From Pristiophorus japonicus (taxonomy: Eukaryota), in contig NC_091980.1 in assembly GCF_044704955.1 (NCBI RefSeq), positions 11,160,001 to 11,224,000 of the forward strand: a stretch of DNA of 64,000 nucleotides, read 5' to 3'. Below the pieces are notes generated by a model. It did no database searches. It saw only the letters and a list, made by a program, of their open reading frames with translations, and had not been told where the DNA came from. Each line of letters starts with the position of its first letter. Positions within the stretch are counted from its first letter, which is position 1. The position numbers were made by a program, and so were the translations under genes. Below are positions 61,399 through 64,000 of this stretch, one piece after another.

Positions 61399-63900
61399 GT
61401 GTTAAAAAAAACAAGCCTGAAGGCTTTGTGTCTTAATGCTAGGAGTATCCGCAATAAGGTGGACGAATTAACTGTGCAAATAGATGTTAACAAATATGAT
61501 GTGATTGGGATTACGGAGATGTGGCTCCAGGATGATCAGGGCTGGGAACTCAACATCCAGGGGTATTCAACATTCAGGAAGGATAGAATAAAAGGAAAAG
61601 GAGGTGGGGTAGCATTGCTGGTTAAAGAGGAGATTAATGCAATAGTTAGGAAAGACATTAGCTTGGATGATGTGGAATCTATATGGGTAGAGCTGCAGAA
61701 CACCAAAGGGCAAAAAACGTTAGTGGGAGTTGTGTACAGACCTCCAAACAGTAGTAGTGATGTTGGGGAGGGCATCAAACAGGAAATTAGGGGTGCATGC
61801 AATAAAGGTGCAGCAGTTATAATGGGTGACTTTAATATGCACATATATTGGGCTAGCCAAACTGGAAGCAATACGATGGAGGAGGATTTCCTGGAGTGCA
61901 TAAGGGATGGTTTTCTAGACCAATATGTCGAGGAACCAACTAGGGGGGAGGCCATCTTAGACTGGGTGTTGTGTAATGAGAGAGGACTAATTACCAATCT
62001 CATTGTGCGAGGCCCCTTGGGGAAGAGTGACCATAATCTGGTGGAATTCTGCATTAGGATGGAGAATGATACAGTTAATTCAGAGACCATGGTCCAGAAC
62101 GTAAAGAAGGGTAACTTTGAAGGTATGAGGCGTGAATCGGCTAGGATAGATTGGCGAATGATACTTAAGGGGTTGACTGTGGATGGGCAATGGCAGACAT
62201 TTAGAGACCGCATGGATGAATTACAACAATTGTACATTCCTGTCTGGTGTAAAAATAAAAAAGGGAAGGTGGCTCAACCGTGGCTATCTAGGGAAATCAG
62301 GGATAGTATTAAAGCCAAGGAAGTGGCATACAAATTGGCCAGAAATAGCAGCGAATCTGGGGACTGGGAGAAATTTAGAACTCAGCAGAGGAGGACAAAG
62401 GGTTTGATTAGGGCAGGGAAAATGGAGTAAGAGAAGAAGCTTGCAGGGAACATTAAGGCGGATTGCAAAAGTTTCTATAGGTATGTAAAGAGAAAAAGGT
62501 TAGTAAAGACAAACGTAGGGCCCCTGCAGTCAGAATCAGGGGAAGTCATAACGGGGAACAAAGAAATGGCAGACCAATTGAACAAGTACTTTGGTTCAGT
62601 ATTTACTAAGGAGGACACAAACAACCTTCCGGATATAAAAGGGGTCAGAGGGTCTAGTAAGGAGGAGGAACTGAGGGAAATCTTTATTAGTTGGGAAATT
62701 GTGTTGGGGAAATTGATGGGATTGTACGCCGATAAATCCCCAGGGCCTGATGGACTGCATCCCAGAGTACTTAAGGAGGTGGCCTTGGAAATAGCGGATG
62801 CATTGACAGTCATTTTCCAACATTCCGTTGACTCTGGATCAGTTCCTATCGAGTGGAGGGTAGCTAATGTAACCCCACTTTTTAAAAAAGGAGGGAGAGA
62901 GAAAACAGGGAACTATAGACCGGTCAGCCTGACCTCAGTAGTGGGTAAAATGATGGAATCAATTATTAAGGATGTCATAGCAGCGCATTTGGAAAATGGT
63001 GACATGATAGGTCCAAGTCAGCATGGATTTGTGAAAAGGAAATCATGCTTGACAAATCTTCTGGAATTTTTTGAGGATGTTTCCAGTAAAGTGGACAAAG
63101 GAGAACCAGTTGATGTGGTATATTTGGACTTTCAGAAGGCTTTCGACAAGGTCCCACACAAGAGATTAATGTGCAAAGTTAAAGCACATGGGATTGGGGG
63201 TAGTGTGCTGACGTGGATTGAGAACTGGTTGTCAGACAGGAAGCAAAGAGTAGGAGTAAATAGGTACTTTTCAGAATGGCAGGCAGTGACTAGTGGGGTA
63301 CCGCAAGGTTCTGTGCTGGGGCCCCAGCTGTTTTCATTGTACATTAATGATTTAGAAGAGGGGATTAAATGTAGTTTCTCCAAATTTGCGGATGACACTA
63401 AGTTGGGTGGCAGTGTGAGCTGTGAGGATGATGCTATGAGGCTGCAGAGTGGCTTGGATAGGTTAGGTCAGTGGGCAAATGCATGGCAGATGAAGTATAA
63501 TATGGATAAATGTGCGGTTATCCACTTTGGTGGTAAAAACAGAGAGACAGACTATTATCTGAATGGTGACAGATTAGGAAAAGGGAAGGTGCAACGAGAC
63601 CTGGGTCTCATGGTACATCAGTCATTGAAGGTTGGCATGCAGGTACAGCAGGTGGTTAAGAAAGCAAATGGCATGTTGGCCTTCATAGCGAGGGGATTTG
63701 AGTACAGGGGCAGGGAGGTGTTGCTACAGTTGTACAGGGCCTTGGTGAGGCCACACCTGGAGTATTGTGTACAGTTTTGGTCTCCTAACTTGAGGAAGGA
63801 CATTCTTGCTATTGAGGGAGTGCAGCGAAGATTCACCAGACTGATTCCCGGGATGGTGGGACTGACCTATCAAGAAAGACTGGATCAACTGGGCTTGTAG
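61399..63900 (+). pseudogene. CR1 ORF2 (APE endonuclease-RT) with in-frame stops
   Basis: NARS, YRPP, GDFN, SDH, PQGSVLGP and FADD motifs; TAA at 62428-62430, TAG at 63898-63900. Confidence 0.9.
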
Positions 63901-64000
63901 TCACTGGAGTTCAGTCGAACGAGAGGGGACCTCATAGAAACGTTTAAAATTCTGACAGGTTTAGACAGGTTAGATGCAGGAAGAATGTTCCCAATGTTGG

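Larger units (their letters stand above)
60015..64000 (+). mobile_element. Apparently 5'-complete CR1 family 1 (copy D), runs off the window
   Basis: 5'UTR with repeated TATA unit; ORF1 60302-61239; ORF2 from 61399 onward. Confidence 0.95.

Noticed and set aside
5437-62237. Long antisense ORFs in CR1 ORF2 (5437..6207, 61536..62237) and the repeated MGNGRHLETAW ORF
   Set aside because: Shadow frames of near-identical LINE copies; the recurrence reflects copy identity
60302-63900. RT plus esterase as a retron/DGR-like or domesticated system diversifying the Pcdhs
   Set aside because: Standard CR1 ORF1/ORF2 with stops and frameshifts; no template repeat matching Pcdh sequence was seen
48134-64000. 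Pcdh constant exons or reverse-oriented enhancer CTCF sites downstream
   Set aside because: No alpha/gamma constant-exon peptide recognised; CTCF-like strings at about 52926 and 58193 match poorly. Small diverged exons cannot be excluded by eye

Overview
Eukaryotic (vertebrate) genomic DNA, most likely from a cartilaginous fish (shark or ray). That assignment is inferred from the repeat content: CR1 LINEs with (TTCTATGT)n tails, a DeuSINE, and short Penelope-type hammerhead elements. The only host genes I can support are four tandem, same-strand clustered-type protocadherins (28792-31176, 35981-38374, 42348-44729, 45737-48133). Each encodes a signal peptide, 6 cadherin repeats, a TM helix and a cytoplasmic tail of about 80 aa in one ORF, and each has its own conserved promoter block with a CSE (CGCT-box) 238-261 bp upstream of the ATG. 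All four stop at the same aligned codon and have a poly(A) signal 146-208 nt later, so they look like self-contained single-exon (Pcdh-beta-like) genes rather than variable exons spliced to constant exons. Genes 2 and 3 are about 90% identical in EC2-EC3 but only about 62% in EC1 and 77% in EC4 (hand counts). The rest of the window is a dense nest of retroelements: several CR1 families (three near-full-length copies), L2, RTE, Vingi-like, DeuSINE and hammerhead-bearing short elements. Repeat boundaries are approximate and were read by eye.
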